Origin: Piromyces finnis finn
Lineage: Eukaryota > Fungi > Neocallimastigomycota
Reading direction: 5' to 3'
DNA: 64,000 nucleotides
Assembly: GCA_002104945.1 (NCBI GenBank)
Contig: MCFH01000005.1
Coordinates: 558,001 to 622,000 of the forward strand
Shown here: positions 43,999 through 58,293 of the stretch, in pieces
Position numbering within the stretch: the first letter of the stretch is position 1
Layout: the number at the start of each line of letters is the position of its first letter
Made by a program: the position numbers and the translations under genes
The notes under the pieces: generated by a model
Told to the model about the DNA's origin: nothing
What the model saw: the letters and a program-made list of their open reading frames with translations, nothing else
The model's database searches: none

Positions 43999-46754
43999 AT
44001 GAAATTCAATTATATATCATATATTTTATCAAGTAGTGTTACATTTATTAATGCTATTCAATTCAAAAGAATTTATGGTGTTGCTGAAAAGGGTATGCAA
44101 GTATAAAAGTATAATTATTTAATTTTACAAAATACAATGTTCTTTTACCACTTAATTTTTATTAAGTCTAAATTTTAAATAAATTTGTAAAGTTTTTTAT
44201 ATAATTCATTAATTTAATAAAATGAATTTGAAATTTCATTTAAAATTTTACAATAATTTTAGAATGAAAAGAAAATAATAGTATTATTATTATTATTTTA
44301 TATTTGTACACATTATTTATATATTTATATAACATCCATATATTCACATATTCAAAAATAATTATCTAAAATTCACTAAACAATTATAAAATCTTTTTTT
44401 TTTTTTTTTTAATAAATAATAAATAGACCTTGGAAAATATCAAATGACCCCAGATGGAAATTTCCATTGTCTTGATGGGACCCAAGTCATTCCATACAGT
44501 GCTTTAAATGATGATTATTGTGATTGTAAAGATGGAAGTGATGAACCAGGTATTAATTTCAAAATAATTATTAATTGTAGTCACAAATAAATAATATTTA
44601 AATAAAAATAAATTATTATTTATTATATAATATTATATTCAATTTTTTTATTTAATTAATTTATCATTTTTATAATATTCAATATGAAAATTCAATTATT
44701 TTTATCATAATTAAATATTAAAGGTACTTCTGCTTGTCAAAATGGAAAATTTTTCTGTGATAATATTGGAAGTGTTGGTCATTACATTCCTAGCTCAAGA
44801 GTCAATGACGGAGTTTGTGGTATATATATTTTATTTTATAAATTACCAAAAATTGATGATTATTTTATCTACTTTCCCTCCCTATTAACTTTGCTTAAAT
44901 CTCAAAAATTATAATATTATAATAATAATAACAAATAAATAAATAAAAATAAGACTATGATCTTTGTTGTGATGGTTCTGATGAATATAATGGTACAATA
45001 AAGTGCCCAGATAGATGTGAAGAAATGGCTCGTAAGCTTGAATCTGAAAGAAATGAAAAACTTATGTATATGTTTCATGTAATATTCTCTTTTTTCTTTT
45101 TAAATTTATATATTAATAATTGTATTAATGTAATATTATTTACTATTAAAACTAAAAAAGTCATTCCAAAATCGACAATTAATGATAATGAGAGCTATGG
45201 CAAATATTACTAGAGATGCACAAGAATTAGAATTAAAAAAACAAAAATATGAAAAAGAAAAGGAGAATTTTGAAAATTTAAAAGGTATCATTATATTCAT
45301 TATATACATTTTTATAAATATTTTAATCTGGTTATAATTGAAAAAAAAAAAATAATAAAAATAAAAATAAAAAAATTAAATAATATATATTAATGTTATT
45401 TTTAAAATCAAATTTTGAATACCATCATAAACAAAAATATATATATTCAAATTAAAAATGGTATAACTAATTAGCCGAAGTAAAAGAATTAGAACAAATA
45501 GAAAAAGATACCAAAGATTTATATAAATCATTATATAGAGAATTGAAAATTGAATTTAATGATAATAAGAACAAATTAAAAAAAGCTATTGAAGATATTT
45601 TAAAAATTAAAAATAGCAATAATATCAACAAATCAATAATTAATAATATTCTTGAAGAATATAATGAAAATCTTTTAGCTCAATTTGAAAAAGGAATAAT
45701 TAAAAAAGATGAAAATGAAGAGTCATCAAGCCCAGAGGAGATTATTGATGAAGATGAAGAAGGTTTTTTTTTTTTTTTTTTTTTAACAATACACAATACA
45801 TAATATATTATGTTAATTTTAGTAATTTTGAATATATCTTTAACTTTAATTTATATAACAATTTATATAATAACATTAATTAATAAAAACAATTAGAAGA
45901 AAAACGTAAATATTCAGAAAAAGAAGCCGCTTATAAAGAAATTAAATCGAAATTATCAAAATTACGTATTGAAAGAAATGAAGTAGATAGAACAACTAAA
46001 GATTATAAAAGAGATATGGAAGCATTAAAAAAAAGAATTGAAATGGATAATGGAAAAAACCATGTTTTCTATACACTTTATAATGAAGTCTTTTCTTTGA
46101 ATACAACTGATTATATATATACATTTACATGGGGTAATGAAATAAAACAAAAACAAATTGGGGGTGCAATGACTTTATTAGGGTAATACATATGAAATGA
46201 AGATATAAAATATTTTTACAGTTTTATATTTATTTATTTTTTATAATATATTATATTATATTATATAGAAAATTTAAAGAATATAAAGACAATTATAAAA
46301 CCATTATTTATGATAATGGTGCTCAATGTTGGAAAGGACCAAAGAGAAGTGTTACTGTAAGTAATTTATTTGGAATCTTAAAAATAAGAATAAGTATTTT
46401 CATCTAATTTTTTTTTTTTTTTTTTATTTTTATTATTATTTTGTTATTAATTTTTAATATTAGGTTAAATTAATATGCGGACCCGAAAATAAGATTTTAA
46501 AGATTTCAGAACCAAGTAAATGTGAATATTTACTAGAATTCAGTAGTCCAGGTAGCTGTGATGATAACGATTTTAAAATAATATCTATTAAACATTTTAA
46601 AGAGTCTGGTAGTGATGATGCTGAATTTAGCGAAGATATATTAAATTCTATAAAAGATATTATCAATGAAAGCCCAGAAGAACCAATATTAGATGAAGAA
46701 GAAATTGATAAATTAGATGAAAAAGAACAAGGACAAAAACATGATGAACTTTAA
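43999..46754 (+). CDS. GTB1: Glucosidase II beta subunit (PRKCSH/Gtb1), multi-exon, ER-luminal
   Basis: Signal peptide-like exon 1; [61 protein letters not shown]; coiled coil; MRH domain ([43 protein letters not shown]); ends HDEL* at 46754. Confidence 0.95.
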
Positions 46755-46769
46755 AAAGAAAAGGAATAG

Positions 46770-46804
<35 letters not shown>

Positions 46805-47510
46805 TCATATTTAAGTATAAAAAATATAAATATATTAAATAAATATTCACAAAATAAATTATTACAAAAAATAATTTTAAAACGAATACAAAAGAAGTTA
46901 AATAGGCAAAAAAAAAAATCATAAAAGGTTAAATTTATAAAATTATAAAAAAGAAAATGTTAAATAATTTTATATTCCAACTAAATTAAATATCCATTAA
47001 TAAAAATATAAAAGGGTATACAAAAACTAACACCTTTATGCCTTTAAGATATATATATATTATTTGATTTAACAATTTTTTTTATTTATATCATTGTTGC
47101 TATTGATATTTAGATTTTAAAAGTTTATTATTGTTTATTTTTTTAATATTATTTCATTTTTGTTTAATTATTTTTTTTTTATTTTTTTTTTATTTATTTA
47201 TTTATTTTTATTATTATTTTATTGATGTTATTGTAACAATTATTATTATTGTTATTATTAAGTTATCTATTATTTTTTATATATTTTTATATATCTTTTT
47301 TTTTTTTTTTTTTTTTTTTTTTGTTTTGTTTTGTTTTGTTTTTTTGTTTTTGTATTCAATTATGTATTTATATTATAATTTTTATATAGTTCATTTAAAA
47401 ATAAAAAAATGTTAGGAATAAAAAAGTATTATTATTAATTATTATATATATATATAACAAAAAGATAAAAAAAAAAAAAAAAAAAAAAAAACACTTCATT
47501 TTTTTTTCTC

Positions 47511-49731
47511 CTAATCAATCCTTTCACGCTCAGTGTCAGAATATACAGCCCATATTTCATTGCCATCATTCATAATTTCTAAATATGCAAAGCCACCCCC
47601 ATAGAATGATGACATACCTACATCGATCATTAAAAATTTACCATCACATCTAGTATTAATTTTACCATTTTCTTGAACAGTATGACCAACAACCATTCTT
47701 TTAATCTATTATATTATATATATAATTATATTTTGATTTAAACTCAATTCAATAATAGTATACTAATGTATATTAAATATATATATTAAATTTTACCTTC
47801 ATAATGTCCATAACTATCTTTAATTCTTCACACATTGGTGTTTCAGGACCCAATGCCATAAATCTTGTCCAAAATGGACCATTATTACTAAAGAGTGGTG
47901 CATAAAATAATTGATGAGGTGGATAGTTTTGTAATGTATAATGAACATTATTGTTCATTTGATCTACACCATATTTAGCAAAGGAAGATATTAAACTATT
48001 AAATGCCAACAATTTATATTATATAAATTATATTTATATGTAATAATTACATTAATATGAGAATGCATATATATATTAATTTATTTATAATCAAAATGGA
48101 AAAAAAAAACAAAAAAAAAAAAATATATATATAATTTTAATTTTTACCCAGCATGAACAAAAAGGGTATCATCAACAATCATGGTTGCATTCATTTCGTT
48201 TCTAAGTAAATTACCATATTTTCCTTCCATAGAAAATTCCTTTTTACGATTAGCCATTCCTCCAAATGACATTACATCACCACGAGTAACATAACGGAAA
48301 TCTTCTTGTAAATTCATTACTTCATGATTACCTAATAACATATACACGATACTATTGTATTTTTCCGCTTGTTTTTTTATTTTCATCATTAAATCAAAAA
48401 TTAATATTGTGTCTGATCCTCGATCAATTAAATCACCCTATTAAACATTTGATGAGGTAATAAAAAAAAATTAAAATAGCAATGTTAATATTAAAATATT
48501 TTTCATTGATAAAAATGAAAATTTCCTCATTATAATTCTATTAATTATTATATTAAAATATATTTAAAATTATTATATTTACAGTTTGAACAAGAATAGT
48601 ATCTTTGGCAATCCAATTTCCCTTTTGATCAACTAATTTTGCCGTGCTTAATACTTTCATCAGTTTTTTATAATCACCATGAATATCACCTACAGCAACA
48701 ATACGTTTATAGGTTGATTCAGATTTTTTTTCCTTTGATATTTCTTTTGGTATTTCTTTTGTTTTATTTTGTTTTGGTATTTCTTTAGTACTAATGTTAG
48801 AATCAGATTTATCTTCACTTTGTTGTTCACCAGGAGCAACAATAGTTGTTGGTGTTTCTTGGAAAACAGAGGTTGTTATTGTTGGATCTGCTGAAAGTAC
48901 TTCAGTCAAAGTAAGTGATTCAATACGTTTTATTGGTTGAACTGTTTTTGTTTCTTTATTATTCATAGCTTTATCCCATTGAATTGATGGTGGACCTGGT
49001 TTATTTTTACGACCATTCTTAAATCCTCCATGACGATTACTTCCATGTGGTTTTTTATTATTTGAATTATATGAATAATATGAAAAGCAGATACCTGCTG
49101 TAATAACAAGAGCAAATAATAAATAACGTTTTATAAAACTGAATATTAAAAAGATTATTGAATAATTTCCATAATTTGATGGATGACCCTTATAAGCTTC
49201 ATCATCTTCATCTTCTTCTTCATAATCTTCATCTCGATCTAATGTATATACAATATTATCATCTGAAAATTCAATATGTTTTTTTTTCAAGCTTGATATA
49301 GAACTAACATCATCTGCTGAACCATCTGAACTATCACCATCATTTTTTCTTCTTCTTAGGATTGATTTTGGTGTTGATAAACTTGAAGCAGAAGATTTAT
49401 GAGATAATGACGGATAGGAATTGTTTTTTTTAAGGCTTTCAATATCCTCTAATGATATTCCACTTTCTTTTGAGTTATCATCTTCATTTTTAAATTCAGT
49501 ACTATTAGTTTCTTTTTTATTCTCAGATTTATTAACTTTATTAGTATTAACTTCACTAATATTATTTTCTGTTGTTTTTATTATATTCTTGGTTTCTTCA
49601 CTATTTTTATCAGATTTATTGATATTATCCCCCTTTTTATTACCACTATCTGGATTTATATTTATATTTTCTTCACTTTTATTATCGTCATTTTGTATAG
49701 GAGCTGTGATTTTTTCCTTTTGAGTATCCAT
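47511..49731 (-). CDS. Membrane-anchored Shewanella-like (Shelph/SLP) calcineurin-like metallophosphoesterase, 4 exons
   Basis: VAVGDIHGD, LVQT|GDLIDRG, LLGNHEVMN, TLFVHAG, GPFWTR, RMVVGHTVQ, IDVGMS are PPP-type motifs with the Shelph-type C-terminal IDxG; hydrophobic segment YLLFALVITAGICFSYY precedes the catalytic domain. Confidence 0.88.
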
Positions 49732-50051
49732 TAAAATTTGCTACTATATATATTAAAATTTGAAATTTGAAATTTCTAAGCTATATAATAATGTTTATAT
49801 ATAAAAATACAGCATTAAATAATATAAGTTATGTATAGAAAAAATATATATTATTATTAACATTATTATTTCATAGTATAAAATATAAAATTTTAAATTT
49901 AAAAATGTTTATTATAATAATATAAAATATTAATAAATAGCACATAATAATAAATTATTATTCTCATAAAAAAAAAAACGAAAGAAAGAAAGAAAGAAAG
50001 AAAAGAAAAATTATTTTTCACTTATAATGAAATGAAGAAGAAAAGAGAAGG

Positions 50052-50083
<32 letters not shown>

Positions 50084-50276
50084 ATTCTATAAAGGTTTAA
50101 AATTAAATATATTTTATTAATTTCAATAAATGAAATATTTTTATGAAACTAGCATACCTTTAATGTAAATTTTTTATAAATGAATAATTTCAAATTTTTT
50201 AATAAAATAAAATTAATAATTATGATAATTACCTTTACTTTTGTTATTTTAAATTTATTTATTATCTATTATTTAT

Positions 50277-50307
<31 letters not shown>

Positions 50308-51963
50308 AAGGTTTCTAAAAATTGTAATGTTTATATACGAATTTATTTATAAAATTTATTTATTTATTTATAAAATATATCTTTAATTTCCCTTATTTTT
50401 TTTATTCCTGTTATTTATTTGCTTTTTTTGTTTTGTTTTTGTTTTTGTTTTTGTTTTTGTTTTTGTTTTTTGCTTGCTTCTTTATTTCAATTTACAATGT
50501 TTTATTTAGTTTGTACCTTCTTACACACATTTAAAAATAGCAAAATAAATTAATAGAAAAAATAATTCATATTAGATTTCAATAAAACTTAAACATTTCA
50601 TTTTTCTATGATGATTTTACATTAAATTATTCAAAAAATTATAATTTAAATATTAATATATTTAATTTATTTTATATTTCAAATGATATTCACGTGAATA
50701 TACTGAAAATCAAAAATATTTTACTTATTTTTTTGTTACAAAAGACGACTTTCTACTAATAAAACTTAAAATATGTGTATATCATTTAAAACGAACATTA
50801 TAAACATTAAAAAATTAAAAACTATTAAATATATATTCAATTTTCATTCATCATCATATTACAAAATATTAATTCAAATTTAATTTTTTTTATTGTTACA
50901 GAATAATTGGTGACAATGTGACAATTATGTGTTTTATTTTAAACAAATTTGAAAAGAAAGGATAAATTAAGTTAATTTTAATAAAGAAAAGAAAAGAAAA
51001 AGATATACTTTCAAGATATTTTATTACTTTTTAAATGTTTCATTATTATTCTAAATAATTTTCTCTGTAAAAAAACAAAATACAAATTTGTTCATTTTTG
51101 ACTTTTCTCAACTTCCTTTTATTACTTTATTTATTAGACTGTAAATAATATGAAATTTATTGTTATTTTATTAATAATCTAATATATAAAAATCCAAATA
51201 ATATAGTAAATAAAATTATGGAATGCTATCAATAATTTTTACTATTCCTTAAAATATATTAATAATAATGATTACTAGGAAATAAAAAAGTGAAAAAGTA
51301 TAATATTAAATAAAAAAAGTACATTGCATAATCATAATGTAAAATATTTATTAATTTATTTTCCACATTTTAATAAATTAAATTTTTTAAAAGTATATTA
51401 AATAAAATTTTAAATTATAAAAAATATAAAAATTAAAAAAAACTACAAATATGTAACATAGTTATAATTTTTATTATAACTATAGATAATGTTAATATTT
51501 AATATTACCATTATTAACATATATTTAACATATTTAACATATATCATATGTTTATGAATAATTACTAAATAATAGTATTTTTTACAGAAATTTATTTCAT
51601 CATATATTCACAATTAAAATTGTATATTCCTTTACTTTTTATTCATTAATTTATTTAAATATATGAAACTCTATGCAACTTAATATTTGGTAAAAATAGG
51701 TAAACTACTAATAATCAAACTATAATATATTTAGTAATTATTTTTTATTCCTTACCAAAATTTATATAATAATCAAATAAATAAAAACTTAATAATTTAT
51801 ATACTTTATTAATTGATACCTATGTATTTCTATATAATTTTTTGTATAAATTGTATATAAATTGTATTGGCTTCTAGTTCAAAATGATAAATTGCATATA
51901 ATATTATATTCATAGAAATTATTAGTTATTGTTCATTCTTCTTTTTTTTCTTCTTCTTCTAAC

Positions 51964-52015
<52 letters not shown>

Positions 52016-55000
52016 GAATAATTGTGAAATTAAAAAATTAAACTATATAACTATTTCCTAACCATATTGATGATTTAACCCTTTAATAATTGTGATTTCA
52101 AAAGAAATACATTGAAAGACTAGAAAAAAATATATTTAATACTATGTAAAAACTATTTTTTTTTCTTAATAGCTTTTAAAGAAAATCACATTAGATGCAA
52201 AAACTATATATTAGAAATTAATTATATATTAGGTTAATATTTTTTTAAGGTAAATCTTACAATTCAGAAAGAATCTAATATAAAACTTTCTTTAATACAT
52301 TTTTTTAATATTAAATATGCATGTCAAATTTTTATAGTAGTTAGCAATTCTTAATAAAAATATTTTTACTTTATATGTATATTTCTTTAAGTTTTATTAA
52401 ATAAAGATATTTATTCTATATATATTTTTTATAAATAACCATTAAATCAATTAACCTAAATACACACCGAAAAATATTCCATAAAATAATATTAAAAGGA
52501 TTATAATATGAGGATTAATATAAAGTAATTTGAATAATATATTTTTTCCATTATATTTAAAATATATGTATTCATTAGTTAAAGATTTGATAATATAAAT
52601 ATATTTTATATATTATAGAAAAAAAAATAAATGCTGTATTCTAAAGTATATTGCATTTAAGAATTTATTCAAATTTTAAAATAATATAAAAAATAAAACT
52701 TAATAACTATTATATATTGTTAGAAACATTATTATATATTTTATATTAAAAATAAAGCAGTATTTGAGAAGGTTTTTTAAATACTAATTGATAATAATAT
52801 CAATATTATATATATATAAAAGAAGATTATTATACTATTCTCTAACAATTTTTATAACAATTAGAATGATGTTAATCCTAATAAATATTTCATTATAATA
52901 TTATAAAGAAAAACTAATTAGAACAAAATTTTTAATTTATTTGTTTCTCATTCAATTATTTACAAAATTTTATTTATTTACATTTAATTATGCATTTACT
53001 TAATTAGTTAATTGTTTATACATTTAATTTTGAAGCTAATTATTGGCCAAAATTTCTAAAATATATTAATAAAAATATGTAATAAAGAATTTCTTTTCCA
53101 AAAGTATTGTTACTCTAATTATGAAAGATACTTTTCCTTTATATGTCACTTACTGATAATGATAGTATTTCTGTATTAAAATAATTAACCTTAACTTTAT
53201 TAAACTATTATTTATTTATTTATTTATTTATTTATTATATCAATATCAACATCTAAATAAAAGAAAGATAACTTCAGAAATTTTAAAAAAAAGCATCACA
53301 TCAATTATTAAAATTAATAATTAAAATATATTTATATCTAATTATTCCATAGTATTTAACAAAAATTGAATGAATTTTTGTACGAAATTAATACATATGT
53401 AAACAATAAAATATAAATTTACTATAAAAGAATCGATTGGTTTATTTTTATAATATTATAATTTGATTTTGTCTTATCGAAAAATAGATTGATAATAAAA
53501 ACATTTTTATTGGATGATAAGATGTTTTGATATATTAAATAATGATTATCTATAAGAAAAGATAAAAATAAAATATTTATGATAAGATAAAGTCAAGTTC
53601 CATATCAATAAACATTAATCTAACCTTTATTAAAATTACCAAAAAAGGTATTTATTTATTTAAATATCCATGGATCATCCATTCATTTAAATAAAGATTT
53701 ATTAAAAAAAATTTAAAATGAATTGTTAAAAAAGAGTTAAATGTGTTTTTAATTTACAAGTTCATAATTATAATATTTAGTATTTATTTTACCATAACAA
53801 ATAATTAAACAGTTTAATCTTAATTTTATTAAATTTTTAATAATATTTTATAAATTGAATAGTTGTATAAATTTTAAAAAAAATATTTTTTTTTTTTATT
53901 TCATTATTATTAAAATAAATAGAAAGTTAATAATAAAATAATTGTTGTATTTTCAATTATAATCTGATTGTTTATTTTATAATTTACAAACCTTATAAAT
54001 ATTCATATATAATCATAAAATATAGCTATTAAACCAGTAAGTGATATAATATTTATTATTTAATAATAAACTATTATCAAAAACAATTGATTAAAAAGAA
54101 AAGTTGATTTTATTATCATGCTTTTTTATTTATTCATTTTAAATTGTTTCTTTCTAAAAGAAATTCATTTATAGAGAATTGAATTATTATTGTTATATTT
54201 TTATTTTTTAGATTAATATAATTAAAATTTTCTGAATAAAAAATAAAATTAAAATTAAATTTTACTAAATATAGTAAAATTATAATTAATTTTTTTTTTC
54301 ACGATAACTTATAAAAGTGTATTAAAGTTTTAACCATATACAAAAGTAAATGTAAAAGGTGGTTTATCTAGTAAAACATTCAATAATAATAAACAATTTT
54401 GTGTATTTTATATACTATATATAAAATAGATATATGACTATTATTATCAATTATATTATTAATATTACTTTAAATTTCTATAAAGTATCACTAATCAGGA
54501 TTATTTTTTAAAATAATTATCATCAATAGTAGATATTATTATTACATGGTAATTAAATTATTTTCTTTTAAGTTTTATTTTAATTACATTTTCAGTTATC
54601 AACACTATTTAAAGTTTATTGCTTTTGAAAAACATGAAATAAATTCTTTTTTAAAAAATTTAAAAAGTATAATTAATTATTGCTTTAATATAGTAAAAAT
54701 TGATAAATATAAAATGTTATCTTTTTCCTTTTAAAATTAATAATGTTATCATCATCATCATTATTATTACTATTATTATTATTATGAGGAAGGTGAATTA
54801 TTAATTAACCATAATTTACCATTCAGAATTTGTAACATCATTCATTATTTTGGAATATAACCTAACCTTTATCATATTTATAAGAATAAAATTAATATAA
54901 GCATATATTATAATATATTGTAATATGTCATTTAATATAATTATTTAAGTCACAAAATATTGAATATAAAAAAATGTTAATGAATAACTCTATCTAAGAA

Positions 55001-56666
55001 TAATTTTAATGGTATATTTGTTTTTTCTAATTGAATTATATATGCTATATATATTACAATTAATTACATTATATATTTATTATTTTTCTTATGAAATGGG
55101 ACGGCTACTTTTAAAAGGTAAACATTTTTTACCAATAAAAAATACTGTTGATTAATGAATAGCATAAAGACAAAACAAAAATTAAATTCATTATTTATTT
55201 TTGGTTGAAGTTATGAATATATGATGTATAGTTGAATAAGAAATTTACAATTACTCCTCATTCGCAAACATTATTTATATCAATATTTTGTCACCTTTAT
55301 TACATTCTAAGTGAAGCTATTCTAAAAATGTATGTGTGTCTAAAATGTAATGAAATGTATTACTTATTTTACTAATTTATGAATTATGAATAAAGCAATT
55401 TTTAATTTTATTGTATTGTTTTTTTTTTGTTTGTTTGTTATTTATTAAAGTCATGCTTATTTAGCTTTTATCATTACTTTATTTATTAAAGAGAAAAAGA
55501 AAAAAAGGATAACATATAAACAAACATATATTAAATAATAATTACGATTATTTAATGGATTATTTGAACAGAAAAATATTGATTATTTTCTGTTATATCA
55601 AGTTTAGTAATCAAAATATTGTATTATTTTTTTTATTACCATTTTATTAAAAAAAAGAAATATCTTAAATCTTTATAATAAATAAAAGAATAATTAATGA
55701 TGATGCTTTTAAATCGATCTATTAATTTAATCTATTTATAAACTTATCGCATGAAATAACTTAAATATTACCTTATTCTGTATATTTAAAAGTGATTAAA
55801 ATCAATTTAAGAAATCTTATTAAAAGGTTATCTTTCCATTCTCCTTTCTATTTTAAAAAAACCTTTGGTTTTTAAGTGACTTTCGTTAATTGTATTTTTT
55901 GATTAAAAATATTTCATTATTAATTTTCCTTTTTTTATTAATATTTTTAATAATATATAAATATAAAAAATGAATTATTTCTAATTTAAAATAATATATT
56001 GGTAATATATAATGAAATACCACTGTTAATATACAATAATAATACATTAAATATATATTATATTATTATATATGACGGAATACAATAATATATGATAACA
56101 ATATATTGTAAATATAATACTCAATTCTGAAATTTTTATCTTTCTTTTATAATATCTGTAATCATTTATTATTAGGTAAAATACTAAATTGATTACTGAT
56201 AAATACACTATTAATATATAATAATACAATTATTTATTTAGGGATGATCAATATTAATATATTTATTATAGTATAATAATATTTTTTAAATAAGACAAAA
56301 AAAACTATATATACCTGTAAATTTTCTTCACTTTTTTTTTTATTATTATTCATTAATCATTAATTAATTAGTTAATAAATTAATAAATTGTATATATTTT
56401 ACAACTAAAATATTATAAAGGTATTTTGAGGAAAAAGTTATTTATATAGAATCTATTATTTATATCTAATATAAAGCGTGTTTTATTAGAAAAGAAATTA
56501 AAAAAAAAAAAAAAGAGTAGTAAAAAATTAAAAAAAAAAAAAAATATTTTACTAATATTTATTTATTTTTTATTCTCAATAAATTTATCCTTATTAAAAC
56601 AAAATAATAATAATAAAAAACAGAATTATAAAGTTTTTATATCTATATAATATATAAATAATCAAA

Positions 56667-57701
56667 ATGCTTATTATTCCAGAAAACTACAAGCCAACTA
56701 TTGACCCAGAATTATCTGAAGATGCCCTTAAGCTTATTAAGGACCACTTCCAAGATGATTTCTCTTCTGCTCTTCACTTACGTAGAGTTACTGCTCCACT
56801 TTTTGTTGCTGCCAACACTGGTATTAACGATAACTTAAATGGTACTGAACGTCCAGTTTCCTTTGGTATCAAGTGTATGAATGATGCTAAATGTGAAATT
56901 GTTCACTCTTTAGCTAAGTGGAAGAGAATGAAGTTAGGTGCTTACAAGATTAAGCCAGGATATGGTTTATACACTGATATGAATGCTCTTCGTCCAGATG
57001 AAGATGAATTAGATAACCTTCACTCTGTTTACGTTGACCAATGGGATTGGGAACGTTCCATTGAAGCTAAGGATCGTAACTTAAAGTACTTAAAAAAGAC
57101 TGTTAAGACTATCTACACTGTTTTAAAGGATACTGAAAAGTTTGTTTACAAGCGCTTCCCAAATATTGAACCAATCCTTCCAGAACAAATTACTTTCATT
57201 CAATCTGAAGATTTATTAAAGGAATACCCAGACTTAACTCCATTTGAAAGAGAAAACAAGGCTGCTGAAAAGTATGGTGCCGTTTTCATCATCGGTATTG
57301 GTGGTAAGTTAAGTAACGGTAAGATCCATGATGGTCGTTCTCCAGATTATGATGATTGGAGTTCTCCAACTGAAGATGGTTACTTTGGTTTAAACGGTGA
57401 TATTATCTTATGGAACCCACTTCTTAAGCGTTCATTTGAAATTTCTTCTATGGGTATTCGTGTTGATAAGGAAGCTCTTCTTCGTCAACTTGAATTAACC
57501 AATACTAATGACAGAAAAGAATTAATCTTCCACAAGTCTGTTCTTGAAGACAAGATTCCACTTTCTATTGGTGGTGGTATTGGTCAATCCCGTCTTTGTA
57601 TGTTCTTCCTTCGTATGGCTCACATTGGTGAATCCCAATCAAGTATTTGGCCAGAAGATATGATTAAGAAGTGTGCTGAAAATAACATTGTCTTAAAGTA
57701 A
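56667..57701 (+). CDS. asnA: Aspartate--ammonia ligase (asparagine synthetase A), bacterial type, intronless
   Basis: LHLRRVTAPLFV..GINDNLNGTERPVSF, EIVHSLAKWKR, GLYTDMNALRPDE, HSVYVDQWDWE, HDGRSPDYDDW, GLNGDI, FEISSMGIRVD, PLSIGGGIGQSRLCM are AsnA motifs; 344 aa. Confidence 0.97.
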   Translation: MLIIPENYKPTIDPELSEDALKLIKDHFQDDFSSALHLRRVTAPLFVAANTGINDNLNGTERPVSFGIKCMNDAKCEIVHSLAKWKRMKLGAYKIKPGYGLYTDMNALRPDEDELDNLHSVYVDQWDWERSIEAKDRNLKYLKKTVKTIYTVLKDTEKFVYKRFPNIEPILPEQITFIQSEDLLKEYPDLTPFERENKAAEKYGAVFIIGIGGKLSNGKIHDGRSPDYDDWSSPTEDGYFGLNGDIILWNPLLKRSFEISSMGIRVDKEALLRQLELTNTNDRKELIFHKSVLEDKIPLSIGGGIGQSRLCMFFLRMAHIGESQSSIWPEDMIKKCAENNIVLK

Positions 57702-58293
57702 ACACCCTGTAGATAATAATAAAAAAGATATATTGTATAATATCTGTTTTTAATTAATTTATAATTGAATCAATTAAGATGTGTTTAATAATATGTAATA
57801 CATCACAGTTGATTAAAATATAAAATACTATTTTTTTTATAATTTTCATAAAAAATAATAATACCATTAAATATAATGTTTAGCAAATAATTGTCTATAA
57901 TACTTAAAAAAAAAAAAAAAAACATTTTTATATATACATTTTTTCTATTTTCTTGAAAGAAAAGGAAAAAAATTTATTCACATAAAAGCAAAAACTAATA
58001 AGAAAGTTTTGTTTTTAATTTTTTTTAAATTTTGAAAAGCTCATTTATATCGCATTCATTTTGTAATATATTTTAATAAAATAATAATAATAAAAATACA
58101 AATAAATATTTTCAAAAATATATATATTATATAGTATAGTGTTTTTTTTATTGATAACTATCAGTTTATATATATATAATTTTACTCTTAATGATATTTT
58201 TATCCTTTTTTTAAAAGTATTTATTTATTATTAAAACTTTTTATTTCATTAAATTTATTAGGTAGGGACCAACCCTACACAATACAAATTGCA

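Noticed and set aside
46713-47415. Short Phe/Ile/Leu-rich ORFs (also at 7134, 9771, 29205, 50180, 54546, 56047, 60068)
   Set aside because: Products of poly-T/AT-rich noncoding DNA; several use non-ATG starts and have no coding-like composition.
49800-56600. About 6.9-kb gene-free, very AT-rich stretch (possible centromere or hidden gene)
   Set aside because: No repeats, spliceable coding exons or structured RNA recognised; similar deserts occur at 23-25 kb, 26-29 kb and 31-33 kb and appear normal for this genome.
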